Shown: one piece after another, positions 1 to 9,635 of the stretch
Position numbering within the stretch: position 1 is the stretch's first letter
Layout of the letters: each line of letters begins with the position of its first letter
Assembly (NCBI GenBank): GCA_016839585.1
Contig: JAEOTZ010000050.1
Coordinates: forward strand, 41,900 to 105,899
DNA from: Promethearchaeota archaeon
GTDB lineage: Archaea; Asgardarchaeota; Lokiarchaeia; Sigyniarchaeales; SOKP01
Reading direction: 5' to 3'
Length of the DNA: 64,000 nt
Program-made: the position numbers and the translations under genes
The notes under the pieces: model-generated
Seen by the model: the letters and a program-made list of their open reading frames with translations, nothing else
Databases searched by the model: none
Told to the model about the DNA's origin: nothing

Positions 1-766
1 TAATCCTGCTATTTCCAATGTTGTTTTTTATCCTCGAAAAACACCAATTCCACAAAAGTTAGAAGCCAATATTGAAGTTTTACAATTTCAAATTAGTAAA
101 TACATAATAATTGGTGGATTTTTCTACTTAAACAATAAAGAATTGCCAACAATTCTACTCTTCCATGGAAATGGAGAGATTGCATTAGAATATCGCTACT
201 TTTTAGACTTTTTTTTTGAATGTGATGTTAACTTAGCGGTTGTTGATTTTCGCGGCTATGGATTTAGCTCCGGTGAACCAATTTATAGTAGTCTAATAAC
301 AGATGCAATACCAATTTATGATGAATTTTATAAATGGATGCATAATAATAATTTAAACGATTCTCTATTTATCCTAGGTCGTTCACTTGGAAGTATTTGT
401 GCTTCTGAAATTGGTGCTCATAATCCAGATGGTTTGCGTGGAATTATTTTTGAGAGTGGATTTGCAAGTGCTTATAATATGATGACCCGGTTATTTAGAG
501 TTAGTAGCCCTGAAATCACTCCAGAATCCTTAAAAGAGTATTCCAATGATACAAGAATAAAGAAATTTAACAAACCCGTTCTAGTAATTCACGGAACAGC
601 AGATTGGATTATTCCAACTGAAGAAGGAATACTAATATATAAAAATCTCCCTGAGATCGTTGAAAAGAATATAATCTTAATAGAGGGAGCTGGTCATAAT
701 AATATATTCTCTTTTAAAAATGAGTATATTACTCCCTTGAAGGAATTTATCTCTAAATATAAATAA
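1..766 (+). CDS. alpha/beta hydrolase (ABHD13/17-like), 5' end outside the window
   Basis: FHGNGE oxyanion region, GRSLG nucleophile elbow, HGTAD and GAGHN motifs. The frame is open from position 2 (NPAISNVVFYPRK...), so the start lies upstream of the window. Confidence 0.85.
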   Translation, partial: NPAISNVVFYPRKTPIPQKLEANIEVLQFQISKYIIIGGFFYLNNKELPTILLFHGNGEIALEYRYFLDFFFECDVNLAVVDFRGYGFSSGEPIYSSLITDAIPIYDEFYKWMHNNNLNDSLFILGRSLGSICASEIGAHNPDGLRGIIFESGFASAYNMMTRLFRVSSPEITPESLKEYSNDTRIKKFNKPVLVIHGTADWIIPTEEGILIYKNLPEIVEKNIILIEGAGHNNIFSFKNEYITPLKEFISKYK

Positions 767-891
767 CCAACTCTTTTTATCTTCGCTTCTAAGAAATCTT
801 TTTTTCTTCTAAAAATTGGACTAAAGATCATTTTATTACTTTTATTAATATTTGATATTAAGTTAAAAAGTGATCTAAAAAACAGATAATA

Positions 892-1221
892 GTGAAAAGT
901 ATCTTGTCTAAATATGGTTATAATTATTGTACCTATTGTGGTAATAAGCTACCTGATCATAATAAGAACAAAGCGAATTTTTGTTGTTATTGTGGAAAAC
1001 AATTAAGAATTGAAAAGATTATGATATCAAATCAAAGAATTCAATGTACAATCTGCCACAAATATATCAATTATAATGAAACTAAAACCATAACTTGCTC
1101 CTATTGTGGTAGTAAATATCATGATTATTGCATATCATCTTGGTTGATAAAATATAATGCGTGTCCTTTGTGCCAAAATGTATTTTTAAATCCCAATCTT
1201 ATTCAATTAAATAAGGAATAA
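892..1221 (+). CDS. zinc-ribbon + C4HC3 RING-finger protein (putative E3 ligase-like)
   Basis: N-terminal CxxC...CxxC ribbon; C-terminal CTIC-x13-CSYC-x4-H-x2-C-x3-W-x6-CPLC. Confidence 0.8.
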   Translation: MKSILSKYGYNYCTYCGNKLPDHNKNKANFCCYCGKQLRIEKIMISNQRIQCTICHKYINYNETKTITCSYCGSKYHDYCISSWLIKYNACPLCQNVFLNPNLIQLNKE

Positions 1222-1244
1222 TAAAAAAAAGATTAGATAAAAAA

Positions 1245-1889
1245 TTATTTTATTTTTAGTATAAAAAATCCATTTTCAACAAACCAAGTTAGGTTTGCGA
1301 AGAGAAATAACCACTCAGCAAGAGTTCGGGGCTCAACAGCAACATCCTCATTTATTCTATTAACTATTAATAAAATCAAATATAAGATAAAGAAAAATGC
1401 CACTATTATATTAAATATAACTTGCCATTTAGAGAAATCTGATATCTTACGTTCTAAAGCTGCATAACCAAAAAGATATAGGATTCCTGTAAAGAAAAAA
1501 AGTAATTCTGAAATGTAGTGCATTTTATACGCATCTTCTGCATTAAATATTGCTAAGCCTAGAATTCCTACTGCTGAAAGTACACCAAAAATACACATTA
1601 ACCAAGTTCCCAGTTTATAAGCTCCTTTTTCTAGCAGGTATTGAGTAAAACCAAATATAAAGAAGATCATTAATATTCCTGTGATAAACCATAGAGCATT
1701 AAAATATATCCATAAGTCATTCGATGATGGTTCTCCTAAGTTACTGATAAATGTAGACAAAAAGCTAAAATCAGGGTGTACTAAAATGGCAGGTATAAGC
1801 CCAATCATGAATATTATGACTCCTATAATAGCAAAATAACTTGCATGAATTTTTTCATAGATTTTATTTAGTTTTTCCATCGTTAACAA
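1245..1889 (-). CDS. multi-pass membrane protein, DUF998/Frag1-DRAM-like
   Basis: About 6 hydrophobic helices, FISNLG motif, conserved His (MHYIS) and terminal EW. Confidence 0.6.
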   Translation of the reverse strand: MLTMEKLNKIYEKIHASYFAIIGVIIFMIGLIPAILVHPDFSFLSTFISNLGEPSSNDLWIYFNALWFITGILMIFFIFGFTQYLLEKGAYKLGTWLMCIFGVLSAVGILGLAIFNAEDAYKMHYISELLFFFTGILYLFGYAALERKISDFSKWQVIFNIIVAFFFILYLILLIVNRINEDVAVEPRTLAEWLFLFANLTWFVENGFFILKIK

Positions 1890-2532
1890 CTTATTTTTAT
1901 TTTTAACATATAGTTTTTATTAAAACTATATAGAATTTAGGTCATATTTATAATTATTTCAATTAAATGTTTTTGAAAAACTTCCTGTAGGGAAGTTAAT
2001 GAGAAAATTTTACTTTCACCTTTAATTTATAACATTTAAAAATAATATAGAAAAAAAATAATAATTATTAGAATTCGAAAGAGGGAATAGCAAAATCATT
2101 CATTGCGCTAAGACTTTTTGAGACCAAATCACTATTGTCGGGATTGGTTTTGGAAAATCGTTGTAAGAAAAAGAAACTTAACACGGGGATAAAGGTTCCA
2201 AGATATATGGAAATAGTTAGTAATAAAGAGAATAAAATTGCATTTTTAAAATTAGTTGCCTTTAACATGTTTAGATATAGGAAATTTATATTTAAAAAGT
2301 TAAGTATCTTTAGTCTTTTATTAAATTTTTTGTTGTTCTGCTAACCAAGGAGAAGAAGAAAGTTTTGAGAGATTACGGGCATATATTAAAAAATTGTATA
2401 AAGAGCAACAATAAGAAAAAAGTTGAATAATAAATATTAATTTAAATTTTTTCTTTTAGTAACAATTCAAGAAGTTCATGCCTCAGAATCAAGTTTTTTG
2501 CAGATATGCATTAATTGGTGATGATTTAGAAC

Positions 2533-2793
2533 TTAAACAGAATGTTTAAATTCTTCTAACGCATTTTCAAACTCATAAATTAATATAAGTTTGAATTCTG
2601 GGTCTTTTTTTTCAAAAGGAATAATCTCATTTCCGGTATAAATATCTGAAGGAGTTAATTTTTCAAAAATGGTAGAAAAAGGAATTACTAAAGTTGATAT
2701 GTCAATAAACTCTTCAGGAGTATTAACTTGTTTTCTTTTCTCTATATTATTGATTCCTTTACTTATTAATTCTAAACTCAATTTCAATCTCAC
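2533..2793 (-). CDS. hypothetical protein
   Basis: ORF only; last of three co-oriented small ORFs. Confidence 0.4.
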   Translation of the reverse strand: MRLKLSLELISKGINNIEKRKQVNTPEEFIDISTLVIPFSTIFEKLTPSDIYTGNEIIPFEKKDPEFKLILIYEFENALEEFKHSV

Positions 2794-2882
2794 ATTAATT
2801 TATTTAACCATATTATAATATCAGTCGTATTTAAAAGAAAACTCTCGACAAATTTAGTAATAAAACTAAAATCGAATATTAA

Positions 2883-3167
2883 TTATCTCTTAAGATTTTT
2901 TATTATCTCCCTCAAATATAATTTCATGAAGAATCTTTCACTTTTACAATAGTCCAGCTTTTGTTTATTAGTTAGATTTGAATTAGTTAATAAAAGAGAA
3001 TGTAGAATTTTTATTATTGCTAAATTCTCATTAGTAATAATTATCGAATCTCTTGTAATAATACAATTAATCTTATCATTTTCATTCTCGATTACAGATG
3101 ACCTTTTAAAATCTGGTTTTTGATGGATTAGATATGATTGTTTTATCTTTCCAACATTTAAACCCAT
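2883..3167 (-). CDS. hypothetical protein
   Basis: ATG preceded by GAGGTGA SD-like sequence, 10 bp after the upstream ORF. Confidence 0.55.
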   Translation of the reverse strand: MGLNVGKIKQSYLIHQKPDFKRSSVIENENDKINCIITRDSIIITNENLAIIKILHSLLLTNSNLTNKQKLDYCKSERFFMKLYLREIIKNLKR

Positions 3168-3177
3168 CTTTCACCTC

Positions 3178-3498
3178 TTAAAATTTCTTTTTCATTAGGA
3201 ATTCTTGCTTCAATATATGTTTATGTTTAGTCGTCGACTTTACTTGTATATCTTTTTCTTTATTTGCAAAAATATCAACAGGAAAAGTATCTTTATACAA
3301 ATTAAGCATTAAAATTATAAGATTTGAGATATTATGATAACATTCTCTTGAATCCTTGTTGTTGAATAAATCAGCTACAAGTTTAGATAACAGTCGAAAT
3401 TTTGTTCTTTGAATTCTCCTTTTATTTTGTGATTCCTCTGGTTTTAGAATTGTTTCTAAAAGATTCTCAACCTTCCTTTCTAATAATTGTGAATTCAC
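3178..3498 (-). CDS. hypothetical protein
   Basis: 106-aa ORF with protein-like composition. Confidence 0.55.
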   Translation of the reverse strand: MNSQLLERKVENLLETILKPEESQNKRRIQRTKFRLLSKLVADLFNNKDSRECYHNISNLIILMLNLYKDTFPVDIFANKEKDIQVKSTTKHKHILKQEFLMKKKF

Positions 3499-3616
3499 TT
3501 TTCATCCAAGTCAGAATATTAGTTTAAAGGTAATTCTTTACCAAAATATAAAAAGAAAGAGGATTTTTGTTCAAGAAATACTGAATCTAATAGGCGATGT
3601 CATAACATAGAACTAT

Positions 3617-3814
3617 CTACTTTAAATCTTCTTTTATTTCTCCATTTGGAAGTAAATTATCGGGGTGGGGTATACCTTTTTCTTCCATTTCGTATCTTAC
3701 ACATTCAATATTACTAATTAAGCAATATTCTTCAATCCATTTTCTTTCAAGTTTACCACTTTCCACATAATATTTAATTGGACAGCAAAAATACCACTTA
3801 CATACTTTTGGCAT
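3617..3814 (-). CDS. small Cys-rich protein (CKWYxxCP...YC...C..Y...HPDNLLPNG family)
   Basis: Conserved-looking Cys pattern; likely start at ATG 3814 (MPKVCKW). Confidence 0.65.
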   Translation of the reverse strand: MPKVCKWYFCCPIKYYVESGKLERKWIEEYCLISNIECVRYEMEEKGIPHPDNLLPNGEIKEDLK

Positions 3815-3959
3815 GCCTAAATACCTTTTTATATGAAATAAGAAAAAAAATCCTATCAATTCTGATATTTAATAAAAAGAATAATAAGCTTTATGGTTAA
3901 TAATATCAATTTATTAAAAAGAAGATTAATTTTTCAAAACATATCATTAAAAGACTTAA

Positions 3960-4319
3960 TTGAAAATGAAAGCAATTGGATTGGTTTTTTTGTACAATCG
4001 GATAGAAGGTAATCCAGAAGAAGTTTCTAGAAAATTTAGCAAACACTTCCATCTGGTTAGTGAGAATTTAGTCACGGAAGGTTTAATTGATTTGCCTGAA
4101 CTAAAAAAGATAATAGATTTGAAACAAATTTATTGGGCAGGGATTAAAGAACGATTTTTAGAAATATTAGAAGATGAAAAAGCTATAGGAAAACTAGCAT
4201 GGAAAGTTTTTAAAGATTTTTCTGGTAAAGAACCTTTTGATGAAGTTAAATCTTTAGTATATGATAAAAATGAAGTTCCATGGAAATTTATCTTGATGGC
4301 TTGCGTTCTTTATGAATAA
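3960..4319 (+). CDS. conserved hypothetical protein
   Basis: 119-aa ORF. Confidence 0.6.
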   Translation: MKMKAIGLVFLYNRIEGNPEEVSRKFSKHFHLVSENLVTEGLIDLPELKKIIDLKQIYWAGIKERFLEILEDEKAIGKLAWKVFKDFSGKEPFDEVKSLVYDKNEVPWKFILMACVLYE

Positions 4320-4364
4320 TAAACTTAAATTGTGTAATTAAAAAGATAAGAAAAAAAAAAGGAA

Positions 4365-5087
4365 TTATTTTAATTTATTTCGTTTTCTTACAAGGAGTAT
4401 GGAAATACCAATCATTACACAGATCAGTATGAATAAATTATAACTAGGAATCTTGTCTCCTCTTGTAGTGGACAGATCAGGAGCGAAATCCGCGTACTCA
4501 CAATCGAAAGGATACTGCCAAAAATGAGTATATAACAGACATTTCATATTACTCGGAATTTCCTCAACAGCATCAGGAATATAGGCAATTATTGAATGTT
4601 GTGAGACATCACTAAGGATATTTGCTGGGGTTGCTGTACTTGAATTTTCCCAGGCAGTACCATTCCAGACTTCAAAAGCTACATCGGTTCCTCCCAAACT
4701 TTAACATTTCTCTAATGTAACGAAAAGAGAGCCAAAATTTTCAAATTCTAATCTGTAATAAGGGACTCTACATGCATAATTAATCTCACCCCATAGCATA
4801 AATCCTTCAGAAAAAGTAAGAGTAGTCCAATGACTACTATTCCAATCACCAAGATCACCCACTACAGTAAAGCTTACGTAGTTTCCAGTAATATTAAGTT
4901 TAACAATATCAATTTCATCATGAAAATCCCCAATAACTTTTTCATCAGTACTTTCGCAATATCGATAAACATCGTCTTCAGCATCAATGAATATATAATC
5001 ATAACCATTTACTACTGGTAAGAAAGATATTACTGATAAAAAGACAAGAATACCAAAAACAGCTAAAAGGATATTTTTTTTTGTCAT
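4365..5087 (-). pseudogene. secreted protein with Loki-CTERM-like anchor, interrupted by one in-frame TAA
   Basis: ORFs 4701..5087 (signal peptide) and 4365..4697 (IPSYN + TM + basic tail) are in the same frame, separated by TAA at 4703-4701 and one AGT codon. Confidence 0.75.
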
Positions 5088-5261
5088 TTTCTATCAATAT
5101 GTATTTTTTTATTATAATCCTTTATTGGATTAAATAGACATAAGTTAAATGGTTATTTAAAGAATTTGGACTTTTCTTACTAAATATAAATTAACGAGTT
5201 CAAAGTGAAATATTAGTTTTTTTATAGGAAACTTAATTTTCCTATTAAAATCAAAAAATCT

Positions 5262-5543
5262 TTATATCTTTTTATTAAGATTTCTACTGAATTCCTTGAT
5301 AGCACTAGAAAATTCATTTCTTAATATCATCCTAAATTCCGGATGTCTCTCTTTGAATGGTATCTTTTCATTTCCGAAATAAACCCAAGAACACTGCTTG
5401 CTTTTAGATAAAGAAGAAAATGAAACTACACAACTAGAAAGAGAAAAATAATGATCTACAGAATTATTATATCTGCTCTTTAATACATCATTGTAAAACT
5501 TTTCTATTCTTCCAGAACTCATTTTCAGCCAACTTTTTACCAT
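5262..5543 (-). CDS. hypothetical protein, coupled to upstream RHH gene
   Basis: ATG directly abuts the stop of the upstream gene. Confidence 0.45.
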   Translation of the reverse strand: MVKSWLKMSSGRIEKFYNDVLKSRYNNSVDHYFSLSSCVVSFSSLSKSKQCSWVYFGNEKIPFKERHPEFRMILRNEFSSAIKEFSRNLNKKI

Positions 5544-5993
5544 TTATTCTAATTTAACTACATAATTACCGTCAATTTCAAGATTTAGACCTTTTGCTTC
5601 TAATTCATCTCCATAATCCGTTATAATATCAATTAAAGTATCATAAGGTATCTCCATTTTATCTGCTAATTTTGATATTTCAAATCTTCTCATTCTCTTA
5701 AAAAGGTGAATTAATCTTTCAATCACTTTTTCCTTTTCTTCTTCTATTACTTCTATTTGTAGTTCTCTCCGTATATCTGAAAACTTAATTCCATAAGTAT
5801 TCTGAATTATATCAGTATTAGCCCCTATCCATTTTTTCAATATTGTTCGAATGACCTCTGATTTGTTCTGTCCTTCATACCCAACTAAATTACTGATAAG
5901 TAATTCATCAAATTCATCTAGACTAACAGTAATTCTAGGTAATTTAGGTTTTTTACGTTCCTTTTCAGTATTAACATCAGAGTTGGAACTCAT
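5544..5993 (-). CDS. ribbon-helix-helix (CopG/Arc-like) regulator with C-terminal winged-helix-like region
   Basis: PRITVSLD...NKSEVIRTILKKW pattern; probable start MSSNSD at 5993. Confidence 0.65.
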   Translation of the reverse strand: MSSNSDVNTEKERKKPKLPRITVSLDEFDELLISNLVGYEGQNKSEVIRTILKKWIGANTDIIQNTYGIKFSDIRRELQIEVIEEEKEKVIERLIHLFKRMRRFEISKLADKMEIPYDTLIDIITDYGDELEAKGLNLEIDGNYVVKLE

Positions 5994-6041
5994 CGTTCTA
6001 TGTCGACAAAAATTTGTTCTACTAATTTTCATATGGGAAGA

Positions 6042-6086
6042 TGCATTTATAAATCTTTGCATAATATGATCTGCATCTGCACTGCA
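6042..6086. promoter_or_regulatory. TATA box (TTTATAAA 6046-6053) flanked by five TGCA motifs; possible operator
   Basis: TGCA at 6042, 6058, 6072, 6078 and 6083 in a divergent intergenic region upstream of the RHH gene. Confidence 0.35.
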
Positions 6087-6186
6087 TCACAAGATTTAAA
6101 TATGAAAAGGATCATAGTTTTAATATCCAAATAATATTGCTATAACACATCAATATTACCATAAAAAATGAATAAGTATCGAATGT

Positions 6187-6837
6187 GTGTGTGAAATGTT
6201 AGAACTTTATACACCTAATTATGAAATTCTTAATACAAAAGAAAGGATAACGGTTGATTTATTAAAAGAAAGCCAAGAATTTTTGGAGCAACTCGACATT
6301 AATTTTGATTTGTTACTAGATACGATTACATTAATATATCGATATTTGAGGAAATGTGAAAAAATCCCTCATAACTTGTTTAAATTCCTAATTTCTGCAT
6401 ATTACATAGTCTCAAGACACCCTTTAGCATTTCCTCTTCATGAATCAAAACAAGATTTTTGTGAGAAGTTTGGACTTCAGCCTAGCTCATTAGAATACAG
6501 TGTAGATAAGATCTCAAACAAATTAAACTTGGTAAAAATCTTGGATGACATGAATTATCCATATTTTCTTGATCCAGATTCTGATTTAGGTTTAAAGTTT
6601 GTGAAAAATATTGTTAAAACTACTGTTGAAAAATCTATGATGAAGTTTTTACTATATAATAAACCAATCAATTCACAAATCTTAACTGAACAATTAGTTT
6701 CAAAAATAATTTTTGAGGAGAATATCTTTCCAGAAGAACTCTTTCGACAATTTTACGAGATAACTTTCGAATTTGTAGAAGAAAAATTTCAAGATTATTA
6801 TGATTATGTTGAATTACAGCAAAAATATCTTATTTAA
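6187..6837 (+). CDS. hypothetical protein with cyclin/TFIIB-core-like helical segment
   Basis: ISAYYIVSRH...SKQDFCEKFGLQPSSLEYSVDKI resembles the TFIIB cyclin-box ending; no Zn ribbon. Confidence 0.45.
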   Translation: MCEMLELYTPNYEILNTKERITVDLLKESQEFLEQLDINFDLLLDTITLIYRYLRKCEKIPHNLFKFLISAYYIVSRHPLAFPLHESKQDFCEKFGLQPSSLEYSVDKISNKLNLVKILDDMNYPYFLDPDSDLGLKFVKNIVKTTVEKSMMKFLLYNKPINSQILTEQLVSKIIFEENIFPEELFRQFYEITFEFVEEKFQDYYDYVELQQKYLI

Positions 6838-6871
6838 TTTTTTTAATTTAAATTTTTTTAATTTCCTTAAA

Positions 6872-7714
6872 TCAACTCTCATATAAGCTTATATTACTTA
6901 AAATTGAATCTACTTTGGAAAATAATCCTGTTATTAAACTCAATTCTTTTTTTGACATAAAAGCACGTTCAAAAACATTTTTAAACGCAAAAAATACATT
7001 TTCTTTTTTATGAGATCTTATTCTCAACTTTTCAATAAGGTGGTCTATAAATTTATAAAGAGTAAGACGGTTTTCTTTATTTGCATAAAGAATAGGGTGT
7101 TGTCCTCGTCCAATTGTTAATATGCTTATTTTTTTAAATATTTCATATAAAACTATTCCACAAGCGTGTGAAATATTTAAAGTAGGGTAATTAGGTCCTG
7201 TAGGGATTCTTAATAATATATCTACAAAGTTGATTTCTTCATTAGTTAAACCTCGAGACTCCTTACCAAAAAGTATAGCAATTTTTAATGGAGTTTCGGA
7301 TTTTGGAAATATTAAGTCTTCAGGGAAAATCGCTAATCTTCTAATATTTGAGTAGCTTTCGCCTTTGGCCGTTGTAGCAATAATTAAATCAAATTTTTTT
7401 AAATAATTTTTTAATGTAGGCAGATGATCTTCTTGATCTTGAATAGTTATTAATTCAGCATTAAAAAGAATATCTTTTCCATGCATAGCAAATCCTTGGG
7501 TTTCATAACTGAATATTTTCTCAATTTCTTCAATTGGATTAAAAATAACAAGCTTTTTAAAGTTGAAATTTTCCATTAGACGTGCTATAGATCCAATATT
7601 CCCTGCATGCTCAGGTTGAACCAATACTACAGAAAAAGATAAAGTTTCATATTCTTTTATTATATGTGTTTCTTGAAAAGTGTCAATTTCTCTTTTAATT
7701 TTCTTTTTATCCAA
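6872..7714 (-). CDS. trmJ: SPOUT-class tRNA/rRNA methyltransferase, TrmJ/LasT family
   Basis: VLVQPEHAGNIGSIARLMENF, LFGKESRGLTNEE, YPTLNISHA. Confidence 0.85.
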   Translation of the reverse strand: MDKKKIKREIDTFQETHIIKEYETLSFSVVLVQPEHAGNIGSIARLMENFNFKKLVIFNPIEEIEKIFSYETQGFAMHGKDILFNAELITIQDQEDHLPTLKNYLKKFDLIIATTAKGESYSNIRRLAIFPEDLIFPKSETPLKIAILFGKESRGLTNEEINFVDILLRIPTGPNYPTLNISHACGIVLYEIFKKISILTIGRGQHPILYANKENRLTLYKFIDHLIEKLRIRSHKKENVFFAFKNVFERAFMSKKELSLITGLFSKVDSILSNISLYES

Positions 7715-7932
7715 TTTTGCTCACTCATTATTGGAATTTTTAAACTTTTTATCAAGGAGAGTTATTAAAAATTAAAAATCTTCCTTTATAATTTATATTA
7801 TTTATTAAGAACCGATTCAAAAAAATTGATATCGTTCATGAAAGATATTTATATTGAAATTACCATTAATTAGTTATAATATTAATTTTGAATAATTATT
7901 ACTTCAAAAGTATTAATTTTTAAGTATTTAAT

Positions 7933-8535
7933 GTGAGTCAAATGCCAGTATATAAAAACATCGGAGAGTATCTTGAATTTATCAATATAAGTAATGAAAA
8001 GTTCACATTATTTGAGTGGAAACCAGCTAGATCATTTAAAAGATATGATTTAGATTTAAATATTGTCAAACAAAATCCAGTTAACGATATTTTCTTTCAT
8101 TTAACCAAGGGAAATATGAAAATTGTACATATCAGAAGAGATAATTTAATATATACTGTTGGTTCGAGAAATGAAGTACAATTTCAATTATTGGAAGCTT
8201 TATTGGATCATGTAAGTTTTAAATTTCATGATATATATGATGTGGAGGTAATTTTGTCCTATGGAAATTTTTCTATTAATATTTTTAATGCTTTTAAAAA
8301 TGAAATTGAAGATATTATAGTACAGTTTGCAGATTTGGGCTTATTAAAAAGAATAAATGTTGAATGTAGAGTATGTAATAAAGTTCTAACCTTATTTGTT
8401 AAAAAAAATTTTATTGAAAATGCTGAATCTTATCCTGTTCCAATAGTATATGTTCATGAGGGGCACGCTATTTTATGCTTTATTGATCAAAATTTTGATA
8501 TACGTGGAGTAGAATTAGTTAATATTACAGGGTAA
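7933..8535 (+). CDS. hypothetical protein: longin/roadblock-like N-terminus + C-terminal CxxC/His zinc-binding domain
   Basis: CRVC...YPVPIVYVHEGHAILCFIDQNFDIRG; N-terminal beta-strands followed by helices. Confidence 0.45.
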   Translation: MSQMPVYKNIGEYLEFINISNEKFTLFEWKPARSFKRYDLDLNIVKQNPVNDIFFHLTKGNMKIVHIRRDNLIYTVGSRNEVQFQLLEALLDHVSFKFHDIYDVEVILSYGNFSINIFNAFKNEIEDIIVQFADLGLLKRINVECRVCNKVLTLFVKKNFIENAESYPVPIVYVHEGHAILCFIDQNFDIRGVELVNITG

Positions 8536-8609
8536 TGATAAAGAAATTAATTAAATTAATAATAAAATATTAAGAAATAGTTATAAAATAACTAAACAAT
8601 TTAATAATT

Positions 8610-9632
8610 ATGGCAGAAGAGAATTCCAAAGATTCTCCTTTTTTTGAGGAAATAATTAAAAAAACTAAAACTGGAATCACATTTCCAAAAACTCTAAGAG
8701 ATCTATTGTTTGAAGATGAAGAAGATATATTTTTTAGATTAATTGTACCAGAAGAAAAAGATAAAATAATTTTAGAATTTTTATCTAAAGAACAAGCAGA
8801 AAAGTTAACAGAAGAGTTTAAGGCGAAACCAAAAAAATTTCCCACAAAACCTAAGCAAAAACAATCTGTAAAAACGGGAAAATCAATTGGGTATTCACCA
8901 AGCTGGGGTGAATATTTCGTTTATGATTTCGATGCTAAAGATAAGGTTCAACCGATTTTAGAATCAGCATTTTACAAATTTGCAGAAAAACCTTTAAATC
9001 TTGAAGATGCTATGGGTAGAGTTAAGTATGCTTTAGTTTCTTTCCTAACTTCTACAAAAACAGAAAATGCAAAGTTATATTTTACTATAGAGAAATTCTT
9101 ACTAGATATCGTTGAGAAATTTGATTTACCTAATTTATTAGATTGGATTTTTGAAAAAATTATACCTAGCATTGAAAGTAAATTTCTCTATGAGTTAGCT
9201 CTTTTAGAATTAATCGAATCGAGTTTAAAATTTAAAAGATGGGAAAAGGCGGAAATTTATATTTTCCATGTGTTGAAAAATATTGATAGCTACACTGATT
9301 CTGAATTGTATAATATAATGAACAGTTTTAATCAATTAATCAGAAAGGTAAAATATGTTGAGAGATCTGATAAGATAGATATTTTACTCAAAGAAAAATT
9401 ATTAGAATATGGAGAAGGAATAGAAGATATAGATTATAAAATTCAAATTATAGAGTTCCTCGAAGATCTTAATTATATTGAGCTAGCATATGATCTAGCA
9501 AAAAAAATTCAATTGAGTTTGGCCCCAGAAAGTATGAAAATAGAAGAAGTTCGAAAATTAGTGAGAAGATTACATAAAGCTCCTATTACTGAGAATAAAC
9601 CCCAATCTAGTATTGATTTTGATGAAGAATGA
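8610..9632 (+). CDS. hypothetical protein, AbrB-like N-terminus + helical repeats
   Basis: GITFPKTLRD motif followed by beta hairpin; C-terminal all-alpha region. Confidence 0.5.
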   Translation: MAEENSKDSPFFEEIIKKTKTGITFPKTLRDLLFEDEEDIFFRLIVPEEKDKIILEFLSKEQAEKLTEEFKAKPKKFPTKPKQKQSVKTGKSIGYSPSWGEYFVYDFDAKDKVQPILESAFYKFAEKPLNLEDAMGRVKYALVSFLTSTKTENAKLYFTIEKFLLDIVEKFDLPNLLDWIFEKIIPSIESKFLYELALLELIESSLKFKRWEKAEIYIFHVLKNIDSYTDSELYNIMNSFNQLIRKVKYVERSDKIDILLKEKLLEYGEGIEDIDYKIQIIEFLEDLNYIELAYDLAKKIQLSLAPESMKIEEVRKLVRRLHKAPITENKPQSSIDFDEE

Positions 9633-9635
9633 AAC

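Noticed and set aside
2068-2420. Overlapping short ORFs 2068..2268(-) and 2135..2344(+), plus a protein-like tail (NQGEEESFERLRAYIKKLYKEQQ*)
   Set aside because: No motif or coherent frame; at most a decayed gene
4701-4703. Possible selenocysteine/pyrrolysine recoding of the in-frame stop
   Set aside because: The codon is TAA, not TGA or TAG, and TAA terminates most genes in the window
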